Shown here: positions 36,720-49,435 of the stretch, in pieces
How positions within the stretch are numbered: the stretch's first letter is position 1
How the letters are laid out: each line of letters opens with the position of its first letter
Assembly (NCBI RefSeq): GCF_004010195.1
Contig: NC_057719.1
Location: 49,591,400-49,655,399, forward strand
DNA length: 64,000 bases
DNA from: Chiloscyllium plagiosum
Lineage: Eukaryota
Direction of reading: 5' to 3'
The notes under the pieces: model-generated
What the model was told of the DNA's origin: nothing
What the model saw: only the letters and a program-made list of their open reading frames with translations
The model's database searches: none
Translations under genes and position numbers: made by a program

Positions 36720-38104
36720 TCCTGTGCCTGTCTCTGCAGGTTGATCTACCCATTAATGGCTGAAACCATGGGATCACCTTCTGTCTTGGCCTGAGCAGCT
36801 TCCTGTTCTCCTGCAGACTCTATGTGCTCAGAACTTGCAATTTTTCTTCCCCTGTGTCAGTGATGTGCTCGCCAGGTTGTGCTCCTGAGGGTAACCTAAA
36901 GAACCAACTGAGGTGAAGTCGCTGAGGGTGTAGGTGAAAGCCTTGCCACTACCTCCTCTGAGGATTGAATGTCTTTCTCCCCAGTGCTGGAGATGGATCT
37001 GAGATGTCTAGCATTAGCCTCTTCAGGACAGATTTTTGTTTGATGATGCTAGTAACTGCATTAGAGAAGAGAGGCAATTAGTTGTTTTACAGGGGTAAAT
37101 GCTGAGTTAGCATTGATGGCAATGAGAGAGCACTGCAGCATAGCAGAATGAAAATTACTGTTTAATTGCCCATTAAGGTCTCTAGATGAGAGGTCATGCT
37201 GTTCTCCAGCCAGCTCAAATATATTCACCTCATACAGTGTGAGGAATCCAAGTCTGCCACTGTCTGTACTCCCCATCCCAATCCCACCTTCCGACCTGTT
37301 TGTGGGACAGTCTTTCCTGCAAAGAGACAAAGAAAGGGATCGCTTTTGATGGGAGTGGATGGAAGAGCAGTTCATGGTGATGCAGAAGCAGGAAAGACAG
37401 TGAAATGTCTCCAGTGAGTAAGCACAGAGGGCAGTGAGTGGTGGTTGTTTTGGGAGGATGAGGTGGGTGGAAGCCATTAAGTGAACATGATGTGCAATGA
37501 CAGCTGTAATCCATAATGCTTGGCGAGAGCCATGTGCGGTACCAGAGTGAGAGTGGTGACTCTCTGACTGTGAGGGTGCAGAGAAAAGATGGTGGCACTT
37601 GTGGAGTGCAGAGGATCATTCATCTTCACCCTGCACTTCTGCGCATTACATTTCACTGAGGCCACAGCATTTATGCAGGGCTCTATCCCACTCTAGGCTG
37701 GCTTTGTCTGGTAGCATTGCCTCTTTTGATGGATAAAGCACTGCTGTCCTCTCCATAATCCTATCCACTAGCATCTCCAGATCTCCGTGAGTCAAACAAA
37801 ATACCAGCTTTCCTTTCTGGGCCATGTCCATTGTGATGATGGCTAAGAAACATGAAGCACAGTTCCTGGCTTATAACATCTGAAGTGATGTGCAACTGGG
37901 CTTTAGCTGTGTCTGCAGCATGAATCTGGAAATTTTCCAGCAGTGGTGAACACTTCCACCTCTTCAGCTGTGTAATTCTCCGAGAAAGTCAACCAAGAGC
38001 CTGGATGCTTAATTAATGAGGTGAAAAGTGGAAAAACAAATTTGAGTCAAGTTGCTGTGAATTATGGTTAACAAAACACAAACTCAAATTGGGAAATCCA
38101 GCCC
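36720..38104 (-). mobile_element. PIF/Harbinger Myb/SANT-like gene remnant
   Basis: MAQKGK...GDLEMLVDRIMERTAVLYP..W..; NAQKCRVKMND; downstream acceptor tctttgcag|GAAAGAC and GFLTLYEVNIFELAGEQHD; ends aaatccagccc (GGGCTGGATTT, TIR-like). Confidence 0.6.
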
Positions 38105-38922
38105 CAAATATCTATTCATAGGATTTGCCGATTTCCTTTTAGATCTCAAATTCCCCCAGAACCCAGGACTGGGGACTAGCAAGTGCCAACCAACAGGAAA
38201 CCAACAGAGGACAGAGGGAGCCCACAGAACCCATGGTGACACCTCCATGACAGGCAGCAACCCACTGCTGGTACTAGCTCAGGCCAAAGCCAAGACCCAC
38301 TTCTTCAGAGCTGATCTTCAGCTGCCCACTGAGTGCTACCACTGGCTACTGCACCTTGCAATGTTTGCCACGTCAAGCCAGTTGAGGCCAGAACCGCACC
38401 ACAGTCGACACTCTGCAGCTGACCATCACTGACCGAGACCTCTTCCCCCCAGCTCCATTTGTCTAAAGCAATGACAGCAGCTCAACAATCTGTTGGGAGG
38501 ATTCAGGACTCACCAGATCCCCGTGCAAAGCTATATATCCAATATCCAGACTGTGCTGCTGGACAACTGAGCCAGGTAAAGATCAGGAAAAGAAAAGCAG
38601 GAGAAAAGGGAGCTGTGATTGGAGGAACTGGAGCAGGGATGAGGGAGACACTGAATCTGTGGGTGGAATCGTGCCAGTATCTTATCAGTGTATATCAGCC
38701 AGTATCTTAGAGACGCCTTACCTGGCGGCAGCCTGTTAAATCTGGATGGCAAAGAAACACCATGTGAAGGACAGTTCCTGGCTTATAACATCTGAAGTGG
38801 TGTGCAACTGGGCTTTAGCTGTGGTGCTTGCATTGGTAAACGTTTCTACCCCTTCTGCTGTGCAATTCACAGAGAAAGTCAACCAAGAGCCTGGATGCTT
38901 AATTAATATGGTGAAAAGTGGA
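37845..38922 (+). repeat. Diverged direct repeat of ~170-190 bp (37845-38032 and 38752-38922)
   Basis: Both copies contain acagttcctggcttataacatctgaagtg.tgtgcaactgggctttagctgtg and gagaaagtcaaccaagagcctggatgcttaattaat..ggtgaaaagtgga. Confidence 0.9.
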
Positions 38923-39865
38923 GTCCCCTGGAATCCAGACTCCATAGCCACCAGTTCTGTGCTTCCTTGGCTGCTGGTGGAACATCACTCTGGAGTCCCA
39001 AGAGAACACAGTGATGCGTTCAGGTGTTCCTTGGGTTGGAGGTTGTGAGAAAAGAGAAACAGAGACGTAAATTGCAAAAGTCAGGGTCTCGTTCCCAGCA
39101 GGCAACCTCCTGCCTGACGTCCACTTCTCTAATCAGGCACTTTGATACCTGATTCCTGTGCATGAGGACTACTCCAGGGTTTCAAACTGTCCACGGATGA
39201 GCACTACTGTGAATGTCACATGGTGCCAGGCTTGCCTGCAGCTACAAGTTAATCCCAAAGATGGTGGGTTAAGTCTTTAAGTGGTCACTTAAAGGTCTTA
39301 ACTGGTCACGGAGCAGGAAGGTCGAAATGCATCTTCCCATACAGAATGTGACGCTAATGGAGGCAGGAAATGTTTGGGTAAGTTCCCGCTCTACCTACTC
39401 AGCTCCACGCTCCTTGGGGGGATGGAAGATTCAACCTTGTGATTGGAAGAACAGCTCATCACAGATTCTGTCTCCTGCATTCGTGGCTCTTTCAATCAAA
39501 ATGCAGATGGGTGATCTTCCTTCAACAGTTTGCCTCTGTCATTGAGTTTTTGGTAGCGGTGTACAAATTTTCCAATGGCAATTTGCCAAACACTTCCATG
39601 GATTTTGAATCCTGCTCCATGGCCCAACTTGCCCAACCTAGTGAGTATTAGCAGCATTTTGCCTTTATGCTCCAATACTCTTACGGTTACTCCTTTCTGC
39701 ATTGTGTTACCAATAACAAATTCTTTCTGGAACCTACATCTTGGCAATTTACAGTAATCGGATTCTTTGTTTTTAAAACTGCACCCAGAGATTTTATCAC
39801 CTCTCAACAGGACATGCTTTGGAGAACACAACATTCAGCACAACAAAGAACTCCACTCCAAATGT

Positions 39866-40179
39866 GGGCAGCACGGTGGCCCAGTGTTTAGCACTGCTGC
39901 CTCACAGCGCCAGAGACCCGGGTTCAATTCCCGCCTCAGGCAACTGACTGTGTGGAGTTTGCACATTCTCCCCGTGTCTGTGTGGGTTTCCTCCGGGTGC
40001 TCCGGTTTCCTCCCACAGTCCAAAGATGTGCAGGTCAGGTGAATTGGCCATACTAAATTGCCCGTAGTGTTAGGTAAGGGGTAAATGTAGGGGTATGGGT
40101 GGGTTGCGCTTCGGCGGGTCGGTGTGGACTTGTTGGGTTGAAGGGCCTGTTTCCACACTGTAATGTAATCTAATCTAAT
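39866..40179 (+). mobile_element. V-SINE (HE1-like), full length
   Basis: A/B boxes, V-domain, taatgtaatctaatctaat tail. Confidence 0.93.
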
Positions 40180-40516
40180 TTAAGTTATTCTTCTTTCATG
40201 AAGTTTTACCTAGAAAGTGACACTGTCACATACATGTATATCTGACAAATGCCACATGAAAATAGTCATAGCTTTGTGATTCATTGGTATTCTCTATAAC
40301 CTTATACAATACAGTTGTAAATCTCTTTGTGCACAATATGAAATGTATTCCTAAATCACCAACTTCTGATGGAAGGTGAAATGATAAGTGCTAAACAAGT
40401 TGCATTGTATTAAAAAACTGAAAGATTTGCCAAAATTACTGAAAATCAGTGCAAAGAAAGACAAACTGAACAAGCTCTCCACAAGATTCAAAACTTTATA
40501 TAACAAGTATTCTCCA

Positions 40517-41640
40517 TTAGATCTCACAGAATACAGGGAGAACTAGCCATTTGGATACAGAACTGGCTCAAAGGTAGAAGACAGAGAGTGGGGGTGGAGT
40601 GTTGTTTTTTAGACTGGAGGCCTGTGACCAGTGGAGTGCCACAAGGATCGGTGCTGCGTCCTCAACGTTTTGTCATTTACATAAATGATTTGGATGCGAG
40701 CATAAGGGGTACAGTTAGTAAGTTTGCAGATGACACCAAAATTTGAGGTGTAGTGGACAGCGAAGAAGGTTACCTCAGATTACAACAGGATCTTGACCAG
40801 ATGGGCCAATGGGCTGAGAAGTGGCAGATGGAGTTTAATTCAGATAAACGCGAGGTGCTGCATTTTGGGAAAGCAAATCTTCTACACTTAATGGTAAGGT
40901 CCTAGGGAGTGTTGCTGAACAAAGAGACCTTGGAGTGCAGGTTCATAGCTCCTTGAAAGTGGAGTTGCAGGTAGATAGGATAGTGAAGGTGGCGTTTGGT
41001 ATCCTTTCTTTTATTGGTCAGAGTATTGAGTACAGGAGTTGGGAGGTCATATTGCGGCTGTACAGGACATTGGTTAGCCACTATTGGAATATTGCGTGCG
41101 ATTCTGGTCTTCTTCCTATCAGAAAGATGTTGTGAAACTTGAAAGGGTTCAGAAAAGATTTACAAAGATGTTGCCAGGGGTGGAGGACTTGAGCTATAGG
41201 GAGAGGCTGAACAGGCTGGGGCTGTTTTCCCTGGAGCGTTGGATGCTGAGGGGTGACCTTATAGAGGTTTACAAAATTATGAGGGGCATAGATAGGGTAA
41301 ATAAGCAAATTCTTTTCTCTGTGGTCGGGGAGTCCAGAACTAGAGGAGATAGGGTTAGGGTGAGAGGGGAAAGATATAAAAGAGACCTACGGGGTTACTT
41401 TTTCATGCAGAGGGTGGTACGTGTATGGAATAAGCTGCCAGAGGATGTGGTGGAGGCTGGTACAATTGCAACATTTCAGAGGCATTTGGATGGGTTTTTG
41501 AATAGGAAGGGTTTGGAGGGATATGGGCCGGGTGCTGGCAGGTGGGACTAGGTTGGGTTGGGATATTTGGTCGACATGGACGGGTTGGACCAAAGGGTCT
41601 GTTTCCGTGCTGTACATCTCTATGACTCTATGACTCTATA
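40517..41640 (+). mobile_element. CR1 (HER1-type) ORF2 3' portion
   Basis: [27 protein letters not shown], (ctctatga)n tail. Confidence 0.95.
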
Positions 41641-43332
41641 AGATGGTTAGTAAGCAGCACAGTTTAACACCTTTCATCTTTTTCTGACATTGGTTACTTT
41701 GTAAAAACTGAGTAATTTCAGACTGTATCTTCGATTGAAATATCTTTTCAGGACCTGTGTCCGAGTTAATTTATTAAGCATTGTTATCATATACAGTGGT
41801 GTCAATGTTATATGATCTTCTCAAATACTCAAAAAAATTTTAAACATTAAAATCCCATTCAGTCCATAAAAGGTGAGGGTTGGCGCTGAGGGGAGCAGTA
41901 TAAAAGGTTTGGATGTGTCTTCATTATTGTAACATAATAAATGGGACAGTGAGTGGAACAGAGCAGTGTTGGAGGCAAGTTGGGAGTGGAATGAAATAGT
42001 GTGAATGGCAAGGATAAATATGAAACAGAGTGATGCAAAGGTGTCATGCTGGTTATACTGCTCTGCTCCACTCACATCCACTCCTGTGGTACTGCTCCTT
42101 TCCTGTTCTGGACTGGAATTGTGCGGGCAGACTGCTTTCTGGCTCAGGCTAAAGTGTTGAGCAGTGGAGCTTCCACCTCTTGGTGGGAAGAATTCCCACC
42201 ACAAAGCTGCCAGCCCATCAGTCCTGGTAATGCCAAGAGCTCAGAAGGCCCACTGGATCTCACAGTGAGATAAGTCAGGTGTTTGGGGCCACAAGGGTTG
42301 AGCCACCTTAGGGAAGGCAAGAAGATAGGAAGTAAGATATTGTACTAAGTTCAGAGAGACACACCGTCAGGTCCCAAAATCCCTGAATATAGCACCCCAT
42401 TTCCTTCACACACTTATAAAATCTTTTTTCTAAAAATAGCCTTTCCTTTCCCAGCCAAGTGTCCATGCAAACTATATAATGGCATGGGCAGCATATTATT
42501 ATGGTCAAGTCTAACTGACCTTTGCTTACTCATTTAAAATCGTACTCATTTAAACCTAGTATATTACAGAAATGGTTAGGAAGGCTTTGGGCTAACTACC
42601 TGATTTGTGTTACATGCGACCCTCCAAACACCCATCAGGGGCACGTCAAATCCAGTCTCTCGCTTCAACTTTTATCCATTTTGGGCTGAATTGACTGCCT
42701 CCTTCACCCAGCATTAAAATCAGGGGTGAGCCCGTGTGAGTTTGGCCAGTTTACCTTGTAATCATTTAATGACTTTAATTGACTGAAGCTATGACGTGTG
42801 CTCCAAATGAGAGGAGCCCCTAACTCCGAGAACTGGAAGCCAGTAAAATGATCAGCAGCTCTCTTGTTCCGGTATCACCTGAAAGGAGTGGCCACGGCTG
42901 GCACCATATTGATTTCCCCAAACAAGAGAAATCAGGAGGCCAGAACATGCTGACTCTGTGTCTTTCTGTGGAGTTATTCTCGCAGGGCTTGGAAAGAGGG
43001 CTGGGGTTCCTGGATTGGACAGAGCAGGCAGCAGGGGAAACACAGGTTAAAGTCACTCTTGTCAAGGGGCTTCCAAAAAGTCTTCAAGAACGATAGGGTA
43101 GAGCGATGAGATGTCGTCAAATTCAGCTTTACCTTTGTACTATCTAGTCACTGTCTAGGCTGAGGTCTGCCTTATGATGTGTCCCATGAAGGAAGTGTTG
43201 ATGCAAATTATATAATGTTGGAACATCAAAATTTCTGTTCTTTTCTAGTTGTAAAATCTGTCCACATTATCACCATTGATTCAACTCTAATATAATATAG
43301 TGGACGCATTCAATTAATGTGGAATAATTCAC

Positions 43333-43410
43333 CTGAGTTTTGCATGCTCGTTGCCTTCCTTCAGCTTTCTCAGAGGTGATCACTGTACCACAATTAATGG
43401 GTTCAAGTTT
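43333..43410 (-). CDS. CCDC198: CCDC198 internal coding exon
   Basis: tattttag|AAACTTGAA...AAAACTCAG|gtgaat; 78 nt, phase 0-0. KLEPINCGTVITSEKAEGRQRACKTQ vs human 'KLEPIDLPRVITSGRLLSQRE'. Confidence 0.9.
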
Positions 43411-44717
43411 CTAAAATACATAGAACGAAACAAATATAAAATATTCCAGTTTTATATATGCTGACATTTAACTTAATGACAGGCAAGTAATTGGTCAGAC
43501 CTGTACTAAACAACATGACCCATATAAATGTTGGCAGATAATGAATATAACTCTGATGTCAGCAAAACTAAAATTTCAGCTGAAGAAGGTTACTTTTCAC
43601 CAATTGCTTTTTTGAATTGATAGATACATTTTTTCAATAATGTGGCCTGACTATAACATAATGGTTGTTTTTAGTTGTGAACTAACATAAAGGGAATTAT
43701 AATAATTGTAAAGAAATGCTATAATTAAACTACTGTATAGTGATAGTATCCCACCTTTGTAAAATTGTATTTGGTCTTAGTTTGGTTTGATTGGGGAAGA
43801 AGCTAATATTAAACTAGTTAATGCTAATTAACCGATGTTAATTCATGAGAAATAGTCTGACAGATTTTCTTGTGATGTGGATGAAATTGTATATTTGTAT
43901 CCCTGAGTTTTTTTGTATCTAATTCGGTCATTTCTTCGACAACGTAATGGTTGTGTTCTTGTGCGATCCTGCACAATATAGAAATAGCGCAATAGAAATA
44001 GCACTTAAAGTGATGGCGACATAATTGCATTATAGCCAACACACGTTTTAAAAGTTCACACTTTAGAAACAGTGTCACTATTCATCAATCGCTTTAAAGC
44101 CAATTCACATTGGCAAAACACGCATTATAGCAGAACGACCTGTACAATAAGTAGGATCTATAACAAGGTCACATCCTCTTCTCTTCAGCTACAGTGTGCT
44201 GCAAATATATTGAACTATGGCCTCTGCCTCAAATGCTGCATTAAGTTGCAAATAGTGGGACGCTCACTGGGCCACTCAAATATTCTCATAATAAATGAGG
44301 CCTCAGCCCAGATGCTCCTTTCTTTATGAAATTGAAGGGTCTGTTGCTGAAATTTTAATCTAAGCAGATGTTTGTATTTGCTTTAAGATATACAAAATGA
44401 CATTGAAAAAGATAGCAAAGGGATTACTGTTGACTATTTGGGAACTGATTTTCCGAATACACACTTTCACATGCAACCTCACCTGTTAGAAGTAATCACT
44501 TGAACAATTACTTTTCTGAGCATAAAGGTGCAAGTACTATTGCTGGAGAAATTAACGTGAACTTCGAAAATAGTGTTGTGAAATACCACTACCATTATGA
44601 CAGTGATTGCACTTTAATGTACTTCAATAGCTGTTAAATGCTTTGAGATCATTGATAATTATGAAAGGTGCCATATTTCACTTTGTAAAACAGTAATATG
44701 GCTAATGAAATAACAGA

Positions 44718-44930
44718 GCTGAAAATGTGTTGCTGAAAAAGCCCAGCAGGTCAGGCAGCATCCAAGGAGCAGGAGAATCGACGTTTTGGGCATGAGCCCT
44801 TCTTCAGGAATGAAGGGCTCATGCCCGAAACGTCGATTCTCCTGCTCCTTGGATGCTGCCTGACCTGCTGCGCTTTTCCAGCAACACATTTTCAGCTCTG
44901 ACCTCCAGCATCTGCAGTCCTCACTTTCTT
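44718..44930. mobile_element. Fold-back Penelope-derived insert with two inverted hammerhead-like cores
   Basis: ~88-bp inverted arms 44715-44802 / 44812-44899; 16-bp TSD ctaatgaaataacaga (44702-44717, 44931-44946). Confidence 0.88.
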
Positions 44931-44994
44931 CTAATGAAATAACAGAACCTATTAAAGGAGCATAGAGTCATTGAGTCATAGAGATGTATGGAAA

Positions 44995-47900
44995 ACCACG
45001 TTAGGGAACTGGAGCTGGAACTGGATGAACTTTGGATCATTTGGGAGGTGGAGGGGTTATTGTGAGGAGTTACAGGGAGATAGTCACACCTCAGGTGCAA
45101 GAAAAAGGCAGATGGGTTACAGTGAGAGGATGGAAAGGAAACCGGCAGGCAGTGCAGGAAATACCCGTGGCTGTTCCCCTCAATAACAAGTGTACCGTTT
45201 TGGATACTGTTGAGGGGGACAACTTACCAGGGGTAAGCCATAGGGAACAGGTATCTGGCACAGGGTCTGTCCCTGTTGCTCAGAAGGGAAGTGGGGAGAT
45301 GAGCAGAGCAGTAGTCATTGGGGACTCCATAGCGGTGGGGACAGACAGGAGGTTCTGTGGAACTGAGAGACTCACAGTTGGTGTGCTGCCTCCCAGGTGC
45401 CAGAGTTCATGATGTGTCAGATAGTGTTCTCAGGATCTTTGAGGGGGAGGGGAAGCAGCCACAAGTCGTGGTCCACATTAGCACCAATGACATAGGTAAG
45501 AGGAGAGATGGGGATTTAAGTCAGAAATTCAGGGAACTAGTGTGGAAGCTTAGTGGGAGAACAAACAGAGTTGTTATCTCTGGTTTGTTGCCTGTGCCAT
45601 GTGCCAGGGAGGCAAGGAATAGGGAGAGAGAAGTGTCAAACACGTGGCTACAAGGATCATACAGGAGGGAGGGTTGGGGCTGAATAATTGGGGCTCATTC
45701 GGGGTGGGTGGGACCTCTACAAATGGGATGGTCTATATCTGAATCAGAGGGGTACCAATATCCTGGGGGGAGGGGGGGTGGTGGCGAAATTTGCTAATGC
45801 TATTCGGGAGGGTTTAAACTAATTCAGCAGGGGAATGGGAACCTGAATTGCAGTTCCAGTATACAGGAGCTTGAGAGTAGTGAGGTCAGAAATGAGGTTT
45901 CAAGGTCGCAAGAGCTCACCAGCAAGCAGGATAGTGATTTGAAGTGAGTCTACTTCAACTCGTCAACTCCAGGATCATCTGGAATAAGATGGGTGAACTT
46001 GCAGCATGGGTTGGTACCTGCAACTCCAATGTTGTGGCCATTTCAGAGACATGGATAGAGCAGAAACAGGAATGGTTGTTGCAAGTTCTGGGATTTAGAT
46101 GTCTCAATAAGAACAGAGGACATGGCAAAAGAGGGGAGGTGTGTCATTGTTAGTCAAGGACAGTATTATGGTGGGAGAAAGGACATTTGAGGACTCATCT
46201 ACTGAGATGGTATGAGCTGAGGTTAGAAACAGAAAAGGAGAGGTCACCCTGTTGGGAGTTTTCTATAGGCCTCCAAATAATTCCAGAGATGTAGAGGAAA
46301 GATAGCAAAGATAATTCTGGATAGAAGCGAGAGTAACAGGTTAGTTGTTATGGGTGCCTTTAACTTTCCAAATATTGGCGGGAAATACTGTAGTTCGAGT
46401 ACCTTAGATGGGTCAGTTTTTGTCCAATGTGTGCAGGATTGTTTTCTGACACAGTATTTAGACAAGCCAACAAGGTGCTTTGGATTTGGTTCTGGGTCAT
46501 GATCCTGGCCAGGTGTTAGATTTGGAGGTAGGTGAGCACTTTGGTGAGCACAATAGTGACACAATTCAGTTAGGTTTACTTTAGTGATGGAAGGGATAGT
46601 TATATACCGCAAGGCAAGAGCTATTGCTTGAGGAAAAGGTGATTATTTTGCAATTTGGCAAGATTTAGGATGCATAGGGTGGGGAAGGAAACTGCAGGGG
46701 ATGGGCACAATTGAAATGTGGAGCTTATTCAAGGAACAGCTATTGCAGGTCCTTGATAAGTATGTATCGTCAGGCAGGGACGAAGTTGTCGAGCATTGGA
46801 GCCATGGTTTACTAAAGAAGTTGAATCTCTTGTCAAGAGGAAGAAGAAGGCTTATGTTAGGATGAAACATGAAGGCTCAGTTAGGGCACTTGAGAGTTAC
46901 AAGTTAGCCAGCAAAGACCTAAAGAGAGAACTAAAGAGCCAGGAGGGGACATGAGAAGTCATTGACAGGATCAAGGAAAACTCTAAAGCTTTCTATAGGT
47001 ATATCAGGAATAAAAGAATGACTACAGAAAGATTAGGGCCAGTCAAGGATAGTAGTGGGAAATTGTGCATGGAGTCCAAGGAGATAGGGGGAAGTGCTAA
47101 ATGAACATACTGAGGAGAATACTGAGATACAGGCTACTAGACGAGGCGGGATTGAGGTTCACAAGGAGAAGGTATTAGCAATTCTGGAAAGTGTGAAAAT
47201 ACATAAGTCCCCTCAACTGGATGGAATTTATCCTCAGATTCTCTGGGAAGCTAGGGAGGAGATTGCAGAGTGTTTGGTTTTGATCTTTATGTCATCACAA
47301 TGACAGGAATAGTGCCAGAAGACTGGAGGATAGCAGATGTTGTCCCCTTGTTCAAGACCCTGGTAATTATAGACCAGTGAGCCATATTTCGGTTGTGGGT
47401 AAAGTGTTGGAAAAGGTTATAAGAGGTAGGGCTTATAATCATCTAGAGAGGAATGAATTGATCAGGGATAGTCAACGCAGTTTTGTGAAGGCCAGGTCGT
47501 GCCTCACAAACCTTAGTAGGTTCTTTGAGATGGTGACCAAACAGGTGGATGAGGGTAAAGCAGTTGGTGTAGTGTATATGGATTTCAGTAAAGCAATTGA
47601 TAAGGTTCCCACAGTAGGCTATTGCACAAAATACGGTGTTATGATGGCTAATTTTTTCTTAAGGGGGGTGGAGTTATGAAGATGTGGGTATACCTTTAAG
47701 AGTGTTAAAAGCAGCAGAACTACCATACCCAGCACCAAGTGGACTCAAAAATGGTAACAATGTAACACTGGGTCGAACCACTCGATTGTTTTGTTGCTTG
47801 GAGACAAAAGCAAATTTGAATTTGGCCAATATCAAACTCCAATCAAGATTGAATTGAGTATGTTGACAATCTTAAAAGCCAATGACACAATCCGATGCTC

Positions 47901-49430
47901 TGGAGTGTAAGACTGGGGAAAATTAAACAGTTGAGAAGAGAACTACCACAGCCCAGCATGTAAACAGACTGTTTGAAAATAGCTCTCTCTTAAAAGTACC
48001 TTTTCAATCAGTAACCTGTAACACAGAAATTCCTAACACGATGAAAAGAAGACACAGAAAGATCTGAAGAATCCACAGCTGCCTGGTTTTGAGATATGAA
48101 GTGTTGTTTTTGTAAAATTTAATTGGGAGTTTTATTGGACTAGTATCATAGAAGGGAAAGTAAAAGATAGGTTAGAGAAAGAAACTGTAAATAGTGGTTA
48201 GTTAATTATTCTCTGTTATACTTTAAGAAATAAAGTTGTTAATTTTTACTTTATATAGTTCTTGGCCACTCAGATTTTACAGATTACTGCATGGGATAAA
48301 TCTTTCTGTGTTGCTGGTTTTTAAATTAAGCAGGAGAGTGTACCCTGTGTCGTAACAATGGAGGCACGGGATTGAGGGTGATTTAGCAGTTTGGATCAGA
48401 AATTAGCTAGCTGAAAGAAGACAGAGGGTGGTGGTTGATGGGAAATACTCATCCTGGAGTTCAATTACTAATGGTGTACTGCAAGCAATATTTCTGGGGC
48501 CACTGCTGTTTACCATTTTTATAAATGACCAAGCTGAGGGCATAGAAGAATGGGTTAGTAAATTTGCTGATGTCACTAAGGTCAGTGGAATTGTGGATAG
48601 TGCTGAAGGATGTTGCAGGTTACAGAGAAACATCGTAACCTGCAGAGCTGGGCTGACAGGTGGCAAATGAAATTAATGTGGAAAGGTGAGAGGTGATTCA
48701 CTTTGGAATGAACAACAGGAATAAAGAGTACTGGGCTAATGGTAAGATTCTTGGTAGCGTAGATGAGCAGAGAGATCTTGGTGTCCATGTACATAGATCC
48801 CTGAAAGTTGCCACGTAGGTTGATAGGGTTATTAAGAAGGTATTAGGTGTGTTAACTGTTTTTTGGTAGAGGGATTGAGTTTTGGAACCATGAGGTCATG
48901 CTGCAACTGAACAAAACTCTGGTGCAGCCACATTTGGAGTATTGTCTGGTCACCACGTTATAGGAAGGATGTGGAAGCTTTGGAAAGGGTTCAGAGGAGA
49001 TTTAGTAGGTTGTTGCCTGATGTGGAGGGGAGGACTTATGAGGAAATGCTGAGGGACTTGAGGCTGTTTTCGTTAGAGAGAAGGTTGAGAGGTGACTTAA
49101 TTGAGACATATAAGGTATCAGAAGGTTAGATAGGGTGGACAGTGAGAGCCTTTTTACTCGGACGGTGATGGCTAGCATGAGGGGACAAAGCTTTAAATTG
49201 AGGGGTGATACATATAGGACAGATATCAGAGGTAGGTTCTTTACTCAGAGTAGTAGGGGCATGGAACGCACTGCCTGCAACAGCAGTAGACTCACCATCT
49301 TTAAGGGCATTTAAATGGTCATTAGATAAACAGCTGGATGAAAATGGAATAGTGTAGAATAGATAGGCTTCAGATTGATTCCACAGGTCAGTGCGACATC
49401 GAGGGCTGAAGGGCCTATACTGCACTGTCA
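44995..49430 (+). mobile_element. Near full-length decayed CR1 with SGNH-esterase ORF1 and EN-RT ORF2
   Basis: ORF1 RAVVIGDSI, VCCLPGARVHDV, VVVHISTNDIG, DGLYLN; ORF2 VAISETW, FYRPPN, KSPQLDGIYP, MDFSKAIDKVP, SKFADVTK. Confidence 0.92.
47637..48357 (+). mobile_element. Solo LTR inserted in CR1 RT
   Basis: TGTTATGA...TCGTAACA inverted termini; AATAAA at ~48229; 4-bp TSD acgg/atgg; CR1 sequence resumes on both sides. Confidence 0.85.
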
Positions 49431-49435
49431 TGTTA

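Noticed and set aside
39496..39834. 112-aa minus-strand ORF
   Set aside because: No recognisable motif or convincing splice sites; likely chance.
39866..39940. tRNA genes (also 21860-21930, 29365-29437, 20840-20915, 9945-10005)
   Set aside because: A/B boxes are followed by SINE bodies or are degenerate; these are tRNA-derived SINE heads.
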